Positions 24,051-38,393 of a DNA stretch of 64,000 bases are shown here, piece by piece; the first letter of the stretch is position 1, and each line of letters starts with the position of its first letter. The notes under the pieces were generated by a model. It saw only the letters and a list, made by a program, of their open reading frames with translations, was not told the origin of the DNA and did no database searches. The stretch comes from Octopus vulgaris (Eukaryota), in assembly GCA_951406725.2 (NCBI GenBank), contig OX597826.1, positions 56,544,001 to 56,608,000 on the forward strand, read 5' to 3'. The position numbers and the translations under genes are program-made.

Positions 24051-27004
24051 TTCAGAATAACAATAATAATAACATAAAGGAAATAAATAAACATTCTAAA
24101 ATAGTTTACAATAACATTTCTGTGTATATATGTGTGATCCAAACAAAGTTCTAATTTTCCTGGCTATCTTAGTCAATAATTTCATCATTTTTCGGCTTAT
24201 ATTTGCCTCTATATAGGAAGCGCTTTTTTTTAGTTGGTAGGTTTGCCATTTTTTTCTTTTTTGTGTATTTTCTTTTGCCTTAAAGTTATTATTATATTTA
24301 TTTACTTATATATTTCACAGACTTTTTTTTTCATTATTTAATTTCAATTTATCATTTTTTTTGCTTACAAAAAAGCAAATATGTAAAAAAAAAAAACGTT
24401 TTTTTTTAAAAATGGAAATGTTTTAAAAGGACACAAAATTGTCACAAAGATAATTTTGTACATGTGTGTGTATTTAAATATAAAATGTGTGTGTGTGTGT
24501 ATGTATGATATAAATATGTATATGTGTAAATTATATGTGTGTGTGTGCACGCATATATATATATGTATGTATATATACATATATACACACATACACGAAT
24601 ACATATTTACATGTATGATCATCAATTCAACATCCACTTTTCCATGGGCCAAATAGAATTCATCAAAGCAAATTTTCTATGAATGGATGTCCTTCCTATT
24701 GCTATCACCTGTTTCCTAGCGAGGTAATATTTACTCATGGCCAGACATATTTTCATGAAAGATAGGAAACAACACCGCTTATATGACAGTGACACTCATT
24801 TACATATATCTTGCAATATCAGGTCAAGTCAAGGAGACACAAATACAAATGTACACTCACATATACAAAAAAATATGTATATGCATGTGTGTGTCTCCAT
24901 GTCTTAATATCATGCAAAGTTGTAAACAAGCATCTCTGTCGTATAAGCAGAGTTGTTAATTTCCACTCATTATAAAAATTATGTCTAGCCAGAGAGAAAT
25001 ATTATCTTGCTTGGAAACAGGTGTAGAGTGGTGATAGGCAGGACATCTGGCAGTAGAAAATCTGCATCAGTGAATTCTATTTGTCTCATGCAAGCATGGA
25101 AAAAATGGTGAGGATGCATGCATAAATATATATTATGCATTCATATCTGGCATGTGTATAGATAGGCAAAATACACACAACACACACACATATATAAATA
25201 TATATATATGCTTACTTATACATGCATACATACACGGTGTATTTGTAGGTTGTTTGAAAAAAATTAAATAAACACACACACAAAAATGAAACAACAGTAG
25301 AAAATTAACGTTAATAAAAGAAAACAGATTATTTTAATTTGGCAAGGTGTTGGTTCTCCTACTTCTTCATTTTCATCTTCTTTGAGTCTTCATATTTATC
25401 TATTTGTGTTAATATGTACATGCATACAGTTTGTATGTGTTAGGTAGGGAGATAGATAGGTAGGTAGGTCGGTAGGATTAAGGGTCAACAGGGCAAAATA
25501 TGCTTATGGGATGACAATACTTCTTCCAAAGAGGTTTTTATTTTATTTTTGTTTTAAGTGTGTACACAATGTACATACATACATACATACAGACATACAA
25601 TCATGCACACACACACATGCACACACAATTTAATTATAAACATCCATGGCTCTAAACATTGACAGCAGTAAACTCCTTTTTTTTTTTAATTAATTAATTA
25701 ATTCATTCATAATATTTAATTTTTAATTTGCGCATGTTTTTTTTTTTTCTTTAATGTGCAAATTAGATTTAAACAGCAAAACTAAAAACAAACAAAAATG
25801 GCTCATATTTTTTGTTTCTCAAATTTTGTTTCTTTGTTGTTGTTGTTGTTGTTGTTATTATTTCTCTCTCCCCAATATGGAGGAAAAAAATATGTGTGAA
25901 AAGACAAAGCAAAAAAATAATTATAATAATAAAAATAAAAAGTAAAATAAACAATAATTATGAAGTTGTTACTTTTTTTTTCCATGAATATAATACACAC
26001 ATACATCCCATACTCTGATACACATACATACTTGCATATGTACAATATACTTATATGAAAAAAAAATTGTTTTAAATGAAAATTAACAACAAAAATCCCA
26101 CGACTATTTACATGTTTTTTTCCTTGTTTTTTTGCTTTTTTGTCATAAAAAAATCACTATTCTTTTTATTTATTTTTTTTTTTTGGAAGATTTCCATAGC
26201 AAAGATTATTTTTGCTTTCTTAATAACCATGATTTACAAAACACACATACATTCACACATACATGTATATACACACATATATATGTATATAAATACATAC
26301 ATACATATATATATATATATGTACATAAACATACATATTTACAGGCATATATACATACTTACACACACACATATATATATATATGCATATGCACATATAA
26401 ATACATGTGTATGTATATATATGTACATACATGTGTATATATCTACATATACATACATGTGTGTATATATATATATATATATATACATAGACATGTGTAT
26501 ATATATATATGCATGTGTGTATCCACAACCAACATTAGCAATGCTCCAAAAAATCTTCCATTCTAATATATTTTACTAAAATGATAAAAAAAAATCTAAT
26601 AATATAACATACAAGGTTTTGGATTGTTTTTCTGTTTGTTGTATATTGTTGCTGTTGTTGTAATTCATTTATCTTCAACAGTCATGGAAATAAAATACAG
26701 CTGAAAGAGTCCCCGATAATAATAATAACAACAATAATAATACTGTTGAGTTTTCTGTTATGTGGAAATTTTTGACACCAAATATGAGTTTAATAATTAT
26801 TTCTGGTCAATACTTCTAGTTTAATACATCTCCTCCTTTGCCTTCATCAAATACCAATTCCTTATTAATATTTTCTCAATACACTATAAATTTCATTTGT
26901 CACAAAGACCTTATTTTGTGTATAACTGAAAAATCATAAATTTTTTATATATATATATATGCATATGTATACATATATACATACATTAGATATATAAATA
27001 GATG

Positions 27005-27115
27005 AAGATAGATATGGTTGGTCTATGGGGTCACCCTGGGTTTCACGTCCATAAATCACTTAGCTTTATGGACATGAGACCCAGGGTAACCCCCTAGACC
27101 GGCCTTTTCTATCTT
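27005..27115. other. ~110-nt imperfect hairpin between TA microsatellites
   Basis: ggtctatggggtcaccctgggtttcacgtccataaa-tcacttagc-tttatggacatgagacccagggtaaccccctagacc, extended by aagatagatatggtt/ggccttttctatctt. Confidence 0.8.
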
Positions 27116-29319
27116 TATATACTCTACTGCTCTATAATGTAGAGTGTGCTTCTTTTTCAGATTTATGATTTACTGATGATATACATATATGTACACAGTG
27201 GGAAAAATTACTTTTAAAAATCTAACTATTTATTTATGTTTCAAGCTGATGATTAATTCTTTTGCAACTCAGAGTTTTCCTCTTTTTTTTTTCATTGTTT
27301 TTATCTTCTTGTAGGTGGCACCAGTGTGCTGGTCCCCTTTCTTTATACATGAAACAACCGAGCAACAACGGAGTTAAACATCCAACTTCAAATAAATAAA
27401 GAGTACTCAAACCACATATTGAGTACTTTAACTTTTGCACATTCAAACACAAACACTCACTCATACACACATATATAAATATAATAGTCTAACATTTCTA
27501 GATCTTTTTTAAAAAAATTTACTTTAAATTTATATCTCTTTTAACCATTTTATATGATTATTATTAACCAAAAAAGCAAAAAAAAAAAAATGGAAAATGG
27601 AAAAGAAAAGACAAATAATTTTGGCAGGAAAGAAATTGCAATTTAATTGTTTTGATATTTGTATACATGTATTTAAATTTTTTTGTTTTTGTTTAATATT
27701 TGATACTGGAAGGGGTGGTGGTCATCATAGTCACAGTAGAGAACTAGGTATGAATGGGGATGGGGTAAGATCCATAACAAACAAATTCCTTGTTTTCAGC
27801 TCAGCAGTAATTAGTAAAACATAGGCTTACAATTTTATAAAATGTTCCTTATTTTCCAATTAATCAAATACATATTTTTATTTTGTTGTTGTTGTTGCTG
27901 TGGTGGTTGTGGTGGTGATTTGTAATTTCTAAGAGCTAAAATATTATCAGTAGGTTTGATAAGCTATGAATATGTGATGCAGTGATTGGGCTAAGGTGCA
28001 ACCTTCCCTAGTTATCCCATAAAAAACAATTATCATCAACTTTCAACTAACATATAACATTCAATTTCTATTTTATGATTATTATTATTATTATTATTAT
28101 ATCTAGAACTCATTGAAATTTTTTTTTTCCACTTCAACTTGAAGATGTTTTTCAGTGCAATAATAGTTACAGATAAACTCTAGCAATAAATAAAATGTTT
28201 TTTTTTTTCTTGTTTAAAAAAAAAGGACAAACAAAAAAAAATACAAAAATTAACAATAATGAAATTTACAAAAAAAAATTGGTAATTAAACTGCACCTTA
28301 ACTCTTTGGAAGGAATGGGTCGAAGAATGATTTTTTTTTTTTCTCTTTCATTTACAATGCTGAAACTTGAAATAAATTTAAGCTTTGCTGTTTTGTTTGT
28401 GTTTTTTATTTCTTTCTTTTTCAAAGACTTTGCATGAGGTAAGAAAGTTTATCAGTTTATCACAATGACAAATAGTGAGAGAAGAAAATTAGATGAAATA
28501 TAGCAATGACCAAAAAAAAAAAAATTAAATAAAAAAATTGGGGGGGTTGAGAGGACAGTCTTTTTGCGAAGAAAGCAACAAAAAGATAAAATACAAAAAA
28601 AAAAGTTGAAACACTAACAAATTATTTGAAGACCTCCAAAAGTAAAATTAAAATAAATAAAATAAAAATGCAAAAAAAAAAAAAAATATGCGGTCACAAA
28701 TGCAGAAAGCTCCCAGATACTTCTACACATCATAACCTAGCCTCACCAAAAGAAAGGAAATGGGGAAAATATATCCTCCACATAAACTAACCAACCCAGG
28801 TATGAGAGTTTCTGTGTATGTATGTATGGTGTATGTATATATATATATGTGTCTATGAGGAACAAGATAAAAACTATGAATTATTTACAAACAGTCTAGG
28901 AAAACCTCTAAATTTCTTGTTCTGATCTATATCATATATAAGTTATCACAAAAAATGCCAAGGGTCAGAGTTTTATTTTTGCTTCTTTTTTTAAAATTAT
29001 AGATCAGATTGGAGTTAGGTACATTAACCTATAATGAGAAGTAAGCACTAATGAACTGAATACAATCATTAATGGCGTAGTTTTTGTGGGGTGTTTTTTT
29101 TATTATTATTATTATTTTTCACATCATCAAAAATCTTCAGTGTTATGTTCCTGACAAATATTCTCTATTGAATTACAATGGACTTTTTTATTTGACTGCA
29201 ATTAGATCTTGTAAAGTAAAGATAGTTTCTGACTCAGACCGTTTTTTTTTTTAACAAAGTGAAAGAAATCCCTCAGGCTTTTTGTCCATCACTCTAACAA
29301 GTCATCATATCAACCACTT

Positions 29320-29885
29320 TAATAACGGTTTCTAATTTAGGCAAAAGGCCAGCAATTTTGTAGGCGTGTTGGTTAATCAATAATGTCAATTGGCTATAGT
29401 ACGATTTGAACTCAGAATGTAAAGAGCCAAAACAAATACAAAAAAAACATTTTTCCAATGCTTTAATAATTATACCAATCTATCGCCCTAATCATGACAC
29501 TGATATTTGTTTCTGATTTAGGACAAGGCCAGCAATTTAGAAGGAAGGAAAATTAGTCGATATCATTGTCTTCAGTACTTGACTAGTACATTATTTTATT
29601 GATACCAAAATATTGAAAGACAAAGTTGTCTTAGGATTTGAACTCAGAATGTGAAGTGCGGGATGAAATACCATTGAAGCATTTCTCTAACATTGCAATA
29701 ATTAAGCAAATCCATAGCTCTAATTATAATAATTATTATTTCTACTATAGGCACAAAACACAAAATTTTGGAGGAAGTGGCAAGTCAACCTCATCAACAG
29801 TAATACGTTACTGGTACTTATTTTATTGACCCTGAAAGAATGAAAGGCAAAGTTGACCTCAGAAGAATTTGATCTCTGAATATAA
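29320..29885 (-). mobile_element. Three tandem degraded family D SINEs
   Basis: Three repeats of aggccagcaatttt...tttgaactcagaatg-like blocks. Confidence 0.65.
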
Positions 29886-30099
29886 ATCCAGAATCTTGCA
29901 AACTAAAAATATTCAATAAACAATACCCTCATAACTTTTGATGAATCTTTATTATTAAGATATATATATATATATATATATATATAGTCATATTGTAAAT
30001 ATTTATACTGTATATATTATGTATATCTATTATTTATAAATATTATATAAATATATTGTAAAATATATTATATGCATATAAAATATACATATAACATAC

Positions 30100-30143
<44 letters not shown>

Positions 30144-30727
30144 TAAATAAAAATCCTGTGTGTGTACGTGTGTATGTATAGGGTTGCAATGAAAAGTGTG
30201 GAGTTTGATATCTGGGTAGATTTAGTATGAGTGGACAAAGTAAAAGGAGGAAGCTGGCTAAGTTCAAAAGAAATGGGTAGACAGAGAAGTGGCAACAAAA
30301 ATGCACAACAAAATATATAAACAAAAAACCCCAAAGACAAAAATAGCAATAATATATATATGTATGAGAAGGAAGAGATTGGACGTCTATGAATGAATAA
30401 CTCTCTCTTTCCCACTCTGTCTGTCTGTTGCTCTCTCACTTTCTCTCCCTCTCTCTCTCTCATACACACACACACACAAATTGTTGTCTCCCCGCCCTTT
30501 TCTCTTGGCTACCCGTTAAAATAAAGTGCAAAAGAATGTGTGTACATATGTATGTATCTATACACATATATATGTATATATATATACACACACAAACACA
30601 CCATACATGTATACACACAAACACACTTATGTATGTGCTATATATATATACGTGCTTGCACATATATATATTCATAAATGTGTGTTCATAGATATGTCTA
30701 TATATAAATACATATGTGTGTATTTAC

Positions 30728-30764
<37 letters not shown>

Positions 30765-32338
30765 AATATATATATACCCACTTACACACAGATACACATA
30801 TATACATGTGTGTATATATGTGTAAAAATGCATACATATATTTATATATATACATGCATACATATATATACACACAAACACATATATATATATATATATA
30901 TGTATACATATTATATATCACTTATAGTACATACATACATGTATAAGGAAACAATTCAGCAACAGTAATAGCAGCGAAGAAGCAAAATTGAAAATTAGAG
31001 CAAAAAAAAAAATTACAAAAAAAAAAAAATTGGGGAGCAGTTTAAAAAGTACAAAAACAAAAATGACCCGTTTCCATTCACCAAGGATGTACATCAGAGC
31101 TGCAGTGCAAGGTCCCTGTCCTAGTTCTTGCAGTGTTGGTAGGAGTGCACTGAAAAGGATGGGGTGAGAGAAGGGAAGAGGTGGTGTGCAAGTGAGAAGA
31201 GGATGTATAGAAGTGATTTCTCTATTATTTTTTTTTGTTTTTAGATGGGTTGGTAACATAAAGTTTTGTATTTTTTTTGTTGTGTTAGTTTTACATCTAT
31301 TTTCTTACTTTTTAATACAACTGTAGTTGGAAATGGAGTTTAGTAGCAACTGAAATAGAACAAATGTAATACTCTCTCTTTCTCTCTTCCTCCCACACAT
31401 AGATGCACACATACCTTGGAAAATATGCTAACTGATCTAGCTTTCTTTTATTTATTGATTAAGTATAGTAGTTTTGGCAACAAGAAGGAATGATAGAGAA
31501 AAAAAAACGAAGAGAGGGAGAGAAAGAGAGAGAAGAGTGAAAGAAGAATATGTAAAAGACTCTTGCTAGAAAGGTCAACTGAGTAAAAGAGGACATGAGT
31601 AATACTTCATCATTATCATACAGGTGAGCATGTTATAACTATTAAAACATTCTTCTTCTTAGTATTATTATTATTTTCAGGTGAGAAATGATTACCAGAA
31701 ATGCTAAAGTGACAGATTAAAATGGTTTAGTGTAGTGTTCCCTCTTAGCAGCACAGCCTTGCAAGCAGTGTACTGGCGTCATGCATATAAAAAGGTTGTC
31801 ACCCATTTTAATTTACAAATGAGTTTGACAATCTGCATGAAAGTTTGAAGGCTGCACACTGGATTTGAATTTAAAACATTTTTTTTTGCTCAAACCAGCA
31901 AAAGTTCCATTGAGTAGTTGGTGGTGGAAGAACTAGATAGAACCTAGATTTAGGACATTTAGTTATGTCATTTTGGATTCTGGATTAAAATCACATCAAG
32001 GTTAACAACTTTGCTTTTCATTCTCCAGGTGAAAAATTAAAAAATACATGGTTAAATTTAGAAATTATCATTGTAATTATAACTATTGTTATTCTTGTAA
32101 GGAGGACTTGTGTTCAACGTGAATAGATTTAAGGTCATGAGATTTTGGGAACCACAAGTCTGCAATTGTAGCTTTAACCATCTATAACAAGTTTCCAATT
32201 GTAGCTTTAACCATCTATAATAGGGAAAAAATTTACACTAGCATGTCATAAGCCATCATTAGTTCTCAGCCAAATCCAGATACTTTGCTATCATTATCAT
32301 TACTATTGATATTATTATTAGTTTATACCCATTGTGTG

Positions 32339-32378
<40 letters not shown>

Positions 32379-33941
32379 TACATACATATGTGAGTAACAA
32401 ATCAATATTTAATGTTAGTAAATTGTTATCTTCAAATTTTATTACTATTTCAATTATTATTATCATCATCATCATGAAAATCTTGCTACATCTCGCTGCC
32501 TGGGAATGGAAATTTGTGAAAAGAAACTTCTTAATAATTTTATAAATGAATAATATAATGAATCAAAAATTAATGATAAATTCTTAGTTTTTGTGTGTGA
32601 ATATGCATCAGTATTTGGGTGTAGTTGCTTCAAACAACATGTATTAATTAATGTCAAGAAATTAATTCTGAGAAATAATCTGTAAATATTAGTTTCCCGA
32701 TGAATACTGTATTGCTAAATAATGATTAAGTATATTTTAGAACATAATTTTTACCCGATTTGTCCTATAAATATGATTTATAAGAAACTGATGGCAGCCC
32801 GTTAATCTCACATATATATCTTTGTCCTACCAGTGGCAATTGACAATAGCTACTTAATGTCAGATATTTGTGTAAATTTGCCCAATAACTTATATGAACC
32901 ACAGATTATTCATGATGATCATATATGTATGAATTTGTCCTATAAGTGTATAAAGTATATCCAATACTGATTGTCACTTAATAAAGCTGAAGAGGAAAGA
33001 TAAAGGTATGCAATATTCTGACATTAAAAAAAAAAAGAAGCTATTTATTTAGGTAAGGTAGTATGGTTAAGAAGTTTACTTTGCAATCATGTAGTTATGA
33101 GTTTGGTAATAATATGCTATAGTTTGTTAAGTGCTTTCTACAATAGACTTCAGCCAATTCAACCCTTGTGAATGAAATAGGGTCACTGAAATCTGTCCAG
33201 AAGATGGTGAGATAGACTGTACCTGTTATTAGAAGGTAAAGCCTGATTTGATGCCATCACCTGAACTTTGTGTGCATTAAACATAGTCAACTCTTGGAAG
33301 AATATTTAATTGCATAATTTCAGTACTGGGTTGGTACTTATTTTATCGACCCCAGAAAGAAGGAAGTCAAAGTCAACCTCGGTAGGATTTGAACTCAAAT
33401 CGATGTAAAGGGATATAAATGAATACCATGAAGTACCCAATCCAACATCAAACTGATTTTCTGTCAGTTTGTCTACTTGAAGTGCATGCAAATTGTCTTT
33501 GTCGCTCATACTGTGTCCCCACACACCCATCTTTCCCAGGCTCCGCACTAACCATTATGCCCAGCCTTTTCTCATCTTAGAATTGTTGGCCCAGTGGAAA
33601 TCACACCTGTACATGTTTTTCCCTTCAGCTGTTAACTTGCTACAGTTTAACCGAAACATTAACAGCATCAGTCTCACCGGTCTCGGAGGGTTTGCGAAGG
33701 TCATTAATACAGGACCATTTTCCCCAGACTAAGCAAATACAAAACGATACTAATGATAATAATTTACAGCCAGCTGTTGAATGAATACGCAAAATGTATA
33801 GTGTTTATATGGAATGTTCTAGTCTATTAAATCTTTTGCTTATGGCTGCACTTTCACAATGACATTCTCATCTCACAAACTACACATATACATACACACT
33901 GCAATTATTTCATTTTAGAATTAAAAAAAAAATTATTCATG

Positions 33942-33961
<20 letters not shown>

Positions 33962-33978
<17 letters not shown>

Positions 33979-34186
33979 TTGTGTCTGTGTTTGTCCCCCT
34001 AGCATTGCTTGACAACCGATGCTGGTGTGTTTAAGTCCCCATCACTTAGCGGTTCGGCAAAAGAGACCGATAGAATAAGTACTGGGCTTACAAAGAATAA
34101 GTCCCGGGGTCGATTTGCTCGACTAAAGGCGGTGCTCCAGCATGGCCGCAGTCAAATGACTGAAACAAGTAAAAGAGATAAAGAGT
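33962..34186 (+). mobile_element. Young family A SINE, 3' half, starting at the internal microsatellite
   Basis: Near-identical to the reverse complement of 40880-41090. Confidence 0.85.
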
Positions 34187-35027
34187 AATTCGTAATATTA
34201 TTATTATTATTATTATGGTGACTTTTTAAACATTAAAAGAAGAAAATATTATATTAATCAGATACAATAAAATATTTTCAAGCTATTATTATTGTTAATA
34301 TAAATTGGCACATGGTCACAAATTTGGAAAGGGAGAGTCATGTAGTCATCAGGTGATTTCTATTTATTTTACTGTCTGTGGGGATGGCAATGGAAAAGTA
34401 CCCCACCACCCCTTCCAGTAGTTTTTCAATTCAGGCTGTTAAAATACACATCGCTCCACCCCACTCTTATAATGTACAAAGTAATAATTAGAATTATTTT
34501 AAAATATTTTATTACAACAGATTAATACAAGCATGTATTTTCTTCTATTATTTAAAATTACCATTTATAAAGAGATCCATGTAATTATTATTAATGAGAA
34601 TTTCAAATCTTAGAATTAGGAAATTTATAATTATGGTATTCTCTACTAATAAAATATTTTTCTAATTCCACCCTTTAAAAAAAAAAAAAAATTATCAATA
34701 CTTAATTATTTAGAATTATTTAGAAAGGAATTGAAGACCAAGAATATGAGATGTTCATACATTCTTAAAGGAATGTCAATGATACTGTTTAAAAGAACAA
34801 ATCACATTACAGCATTTACCACAATGATGATAATGATGATGATGATAAAGAAAAAAAAATTCTTGTTTCTTACAGAGGGATGAGTGTGAAATGACAAGTG
34901 GTGATGCACATGCCTCTTTAAAAAACAGACATGGAACTAAGAAGGTTTTAACTAGGAAATAAAACTTTGTTGCAGATTTGGTTTCTTGAAAAATATCTCC
35001 TATTCTACAGTGTTTACTGTAAATAAC

Positions 35028-35029
<2 letters not shown>

Positions 35030-35061
<32 letters not shown>

Positions 35062-36295
35062 TTTCTACTATAGGCATAAGGCTTGAAATTTTAAAGGAAA
35101 GGTTAGTCAATTACATTGACCTTAGCGCATGTCTGGTACTTATTTCATCGACCCTGAAAAGATGAAAGGCAAAGTTGACATCAGAGGAATTTAAATTCAG
35201 AATGTAAATCTGGAAGAGATGACACTAAATATTTTTGTCTGACATACTAATAATTTTGCCAGCTTGCTGCCCTTAATCCTTTTGATACCAACTCGGCCAA
35301 AACTGGCTCTGGCTCTGTAGTACAAATGTCTTGTTTTCATAAGTTTTGAATTAAAATCTTCCACCAAACCTTAGTCACAATTTATGTTCCTAAAACTAGC
35401 TTACTGATAACTAAGTTATTTTACTTAATTCTTAGTTATATTTTAAAATAATTGAAAGAAACACAGAGCATCTCAAAATAAATACAGTAACGAAAGGGTT
35501 AATAACGGTTTCTGATTTTGGTACAAAGTCAATCGCTTCAAGGGGAAGATTTACTTGATATCATCAGCACTTGATTGGTACTCTATTTGACAAGCAAAGT
35601 TTATCTTAGTGAGATTTGAACTCAGAATGTAAAGAGCTGGTACAAGTTGAGCCCACTTCTTAACGAATATTTAACGTGTTAAGCATACTTCACTCCAATG
35701 ATCTCAGCAGGATTAAGACACAGAATTTAAACACAAGGTGTATCTAAAAGTAGTAGGACAGTTTGGAACTACTTTACCATTCCTTTAGTATATGTAAGAC
35801 TTACAGAATTTGACCTCAGGGGTTAGGCATTTTATACAGCATCTTAATGATACTGCCTATCAACTGCCCTTGGTGGTAATGATAAAATGATAATAAATAA
35901 TAATAAATTTTTTCCTAATTTTGGCAAAAGGCCAGCAGTTTTGAGGGAAAGTGGCAAGATGATTACAGCAACCCCTGTAGAATGTAAAGAGTCGAAAGAA
36001 ATGCCACTAACTATTATATCTGATGCACTAATGATTCCAGTGTCTCACTGCTTTAATAATAACGGTTTCAAATTTTGCCACAAGGGCAGCCATTTTGGGA
36101 GACGAGATAAGTCGATTACATCAACCCCCCAGTGTTTCACTGGTACTTAATTTATTGGCCCAGAAAAGGTGAAAGGCAAAAATCGACCTCGGTGGAATTT
36201 GAGCTCAGAACGTAGTTACGGATGAAATACCACTAAGCATTTCATCCAGAACGCTAACAATTTTGCCAGCTCTAATAATAATAATAATAATAATT
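35030..36295 (-). mobile_element. Cluster of family D SINEs, some separated by (AAT)n, containing a P1 MITE at 35273-35502
   Basis: Copies at ~35060-35272, 35503-35640, 35900-36055 and 36060-36272; MITE bounded by TTAAtCCTTT...AAAGGGTTAA. Confidence 0.72.
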
Positions 36296-36354
36296 TCTTA
36301 TAAATGCATGAAAATCCAAATGACTGAGTTTGTAACATGTCCTGAGAGAAAGAT

Positions 36355-36417
<63 letters not shown>

Positions 36418-37297
36418 GTGTGTGTAAAATTTCAAGTGAAATGACTACTGGAAAATCAAACTACCTGAATTGCAGATTTAGTTTTCCAACAAAAACTTTC
36501 TTACTATAAACACCGCGGCCACAATAATAATAATAATAATAATAATAATGATAATAATAATAGCCAACAACAATGAAAATAATTATTATTAAATATTAAG
36601 TTCAGCAGCATAAGGATCAGCAGATTTGAGTGTCCATTGCAGAAATGGTAGGCAGGTTCAGAAAAAGCAACAGTCTTTGAGTGGAATTAAATAATCAAAA
36701 GTAATATTTCTTCTTTGCTTTGTGTGTAAGTGGCAAGCAGAGTAAAAGTAAAGTAAATGCTCTTGTGGGAGAACTTGAAATTGCAACTCAGCTTCGCAGT
36801 TTGTAACTGAAGTCATTTCACTTCATTACATTTTACTAAAACACTGGAAATGATACATGGAAAAGCATAAATGTCAAAAGTCCACCCTCCCCCACCCTAC
36901 CATTATCATTTTGCTTTTCCAATAAATATCTCAAAACTTCATGTCTATAAAAACAAGATAACTTTAATTGGTTTATTGAAACTTTAATTTTAAAAAAACT
37001 GTTCACGAAGAGAGAGGAAAATATATACAAAAAGAAATTATGGAAAAAAAAAAAAAGTTAAATAACAAAAATGTAGGGTAAGGAAAGGATTTGAGAGGAA
37101 GGAGCAAACACGGGGTACCGGGAAGTAGGACAGATATGATACAGAGACCTTAGGGAGAAAAGGAGTTAAATAGACTCTCAGCAGTTATTTAAAGAAAGAT
37201 AATATAAACTTTCATAGCAATATACACATACATATATACACACACATATACACTCATACACACACACATATATATATGTATATATATATATATACAT

Positions 37298-37490
37298 ACA
37301 ACTTACAAATAAGGGCAAACGAAGAAATTTCTAATGCTAAATATGCCGAAAATTGGACATATTGTCCATTACCATATAATTTATCACAATTTGTGATAAA
37401 TTATATGGTAATGGACAATATGTCCAATTTTCGGCATATTTGGCATTAAAAAATTTTTTCGTTTGCCCTTATTTGTTATTTGTAAGTTGT
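37298..37490. repeat. Long fold-back palindrome (~85-bp arms, 1-nt centre)
   Basis: Centre ttatcacaa-T-ttgtgataa at 37390. Arms 37305-37389 and 37391-37476 differ by 3 mismatches and 1 indel. Confidence 0.92.
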
Positions 37491-37819
37491 TTATAATTTT
37501 AACCTTTAAAGGTATTTTTTAATATGCTGGCCATTGATAAAATTTTTTTTTCGAAAAAAATTTTTTATCCTACATTAAATATATATACATATATATATAT
37601 ATATATATGCACACACATAGCAATACTGAGAGAAAGAGGTGGGAGAGAAGCAGCTAGCTAGGTAAATAGAAAGATACGATGGAAGCCTTTACTTACACAA
37701 CAAACTGAAAAAGTTATACTGGAGGGTAACAGTTTGACCATTATGAAAAACTTGATAAATTTGAGTGTGTTTGTGTGTGTATCTGTATGTGTGTGTGTGT
37801 GTGAGTGTATATATACGAG

Positions 37820-37855
<36 letters not shown>

Positions 37856-38221
37856 TATATCAATTATATATCTTCGTAACAGATGGGGTAAATCAGACCA
37901 CAAGAAAGTACTCAAAACTTTCTTTAAGTGCAGAGTCAATATACCTTTTATTAACTGGGTGATGCATTGCAACTATACAGGTATTTCAATACATTTTCAC
38001 ATTCCTTAAAAAAAAAAAAGATCTGGCTGATCAGCCTTCAAAGAAATATGAAAAGGTTTTGAAATGGCTGTACAATTTTGTGGCATCCTCAAGTTAACAA
38101 GAGATGTGTGTGTGTGTGTGTGTGTGTTTTCCATAGCTTTTCTTCAATATTACAACTGATAAACTGTCAAAGAATTAATTATCGATGATAGTAATATATA
38201 TTAATAATAATAATAATAATA

Positions 38222-38350
38222 ATGATTTCAAATTTTGGCACAAGGCCAGCAATTTTGGGAAGGGGATAAGTTGATTGCATCGACCCCAGTACTCAACTGG
38301 TACTTATCTTATCGACCCCGAAAGGATGAAAGGCAAAGTCGACCTCAGTG

Positions 38351-38352
<2 letters not shown>
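38222..38352 (-). mobile_element. Family D SINE 3' part embedded in (AAT)n
   Basis: tttcaaattttggcacaaggccagcaattttggg...gaccccgaaaggatgaaaggcaaagtcgacctc. Confidence 0.78.

Positions 38353-38393
<41 letters not shown>

Noticed and set aside
32163-32220. 25-bp direct repeat caattgtagctttaaccatctataa
   Set aside because: An ordinary small local duplication in degraded repeat sequence.
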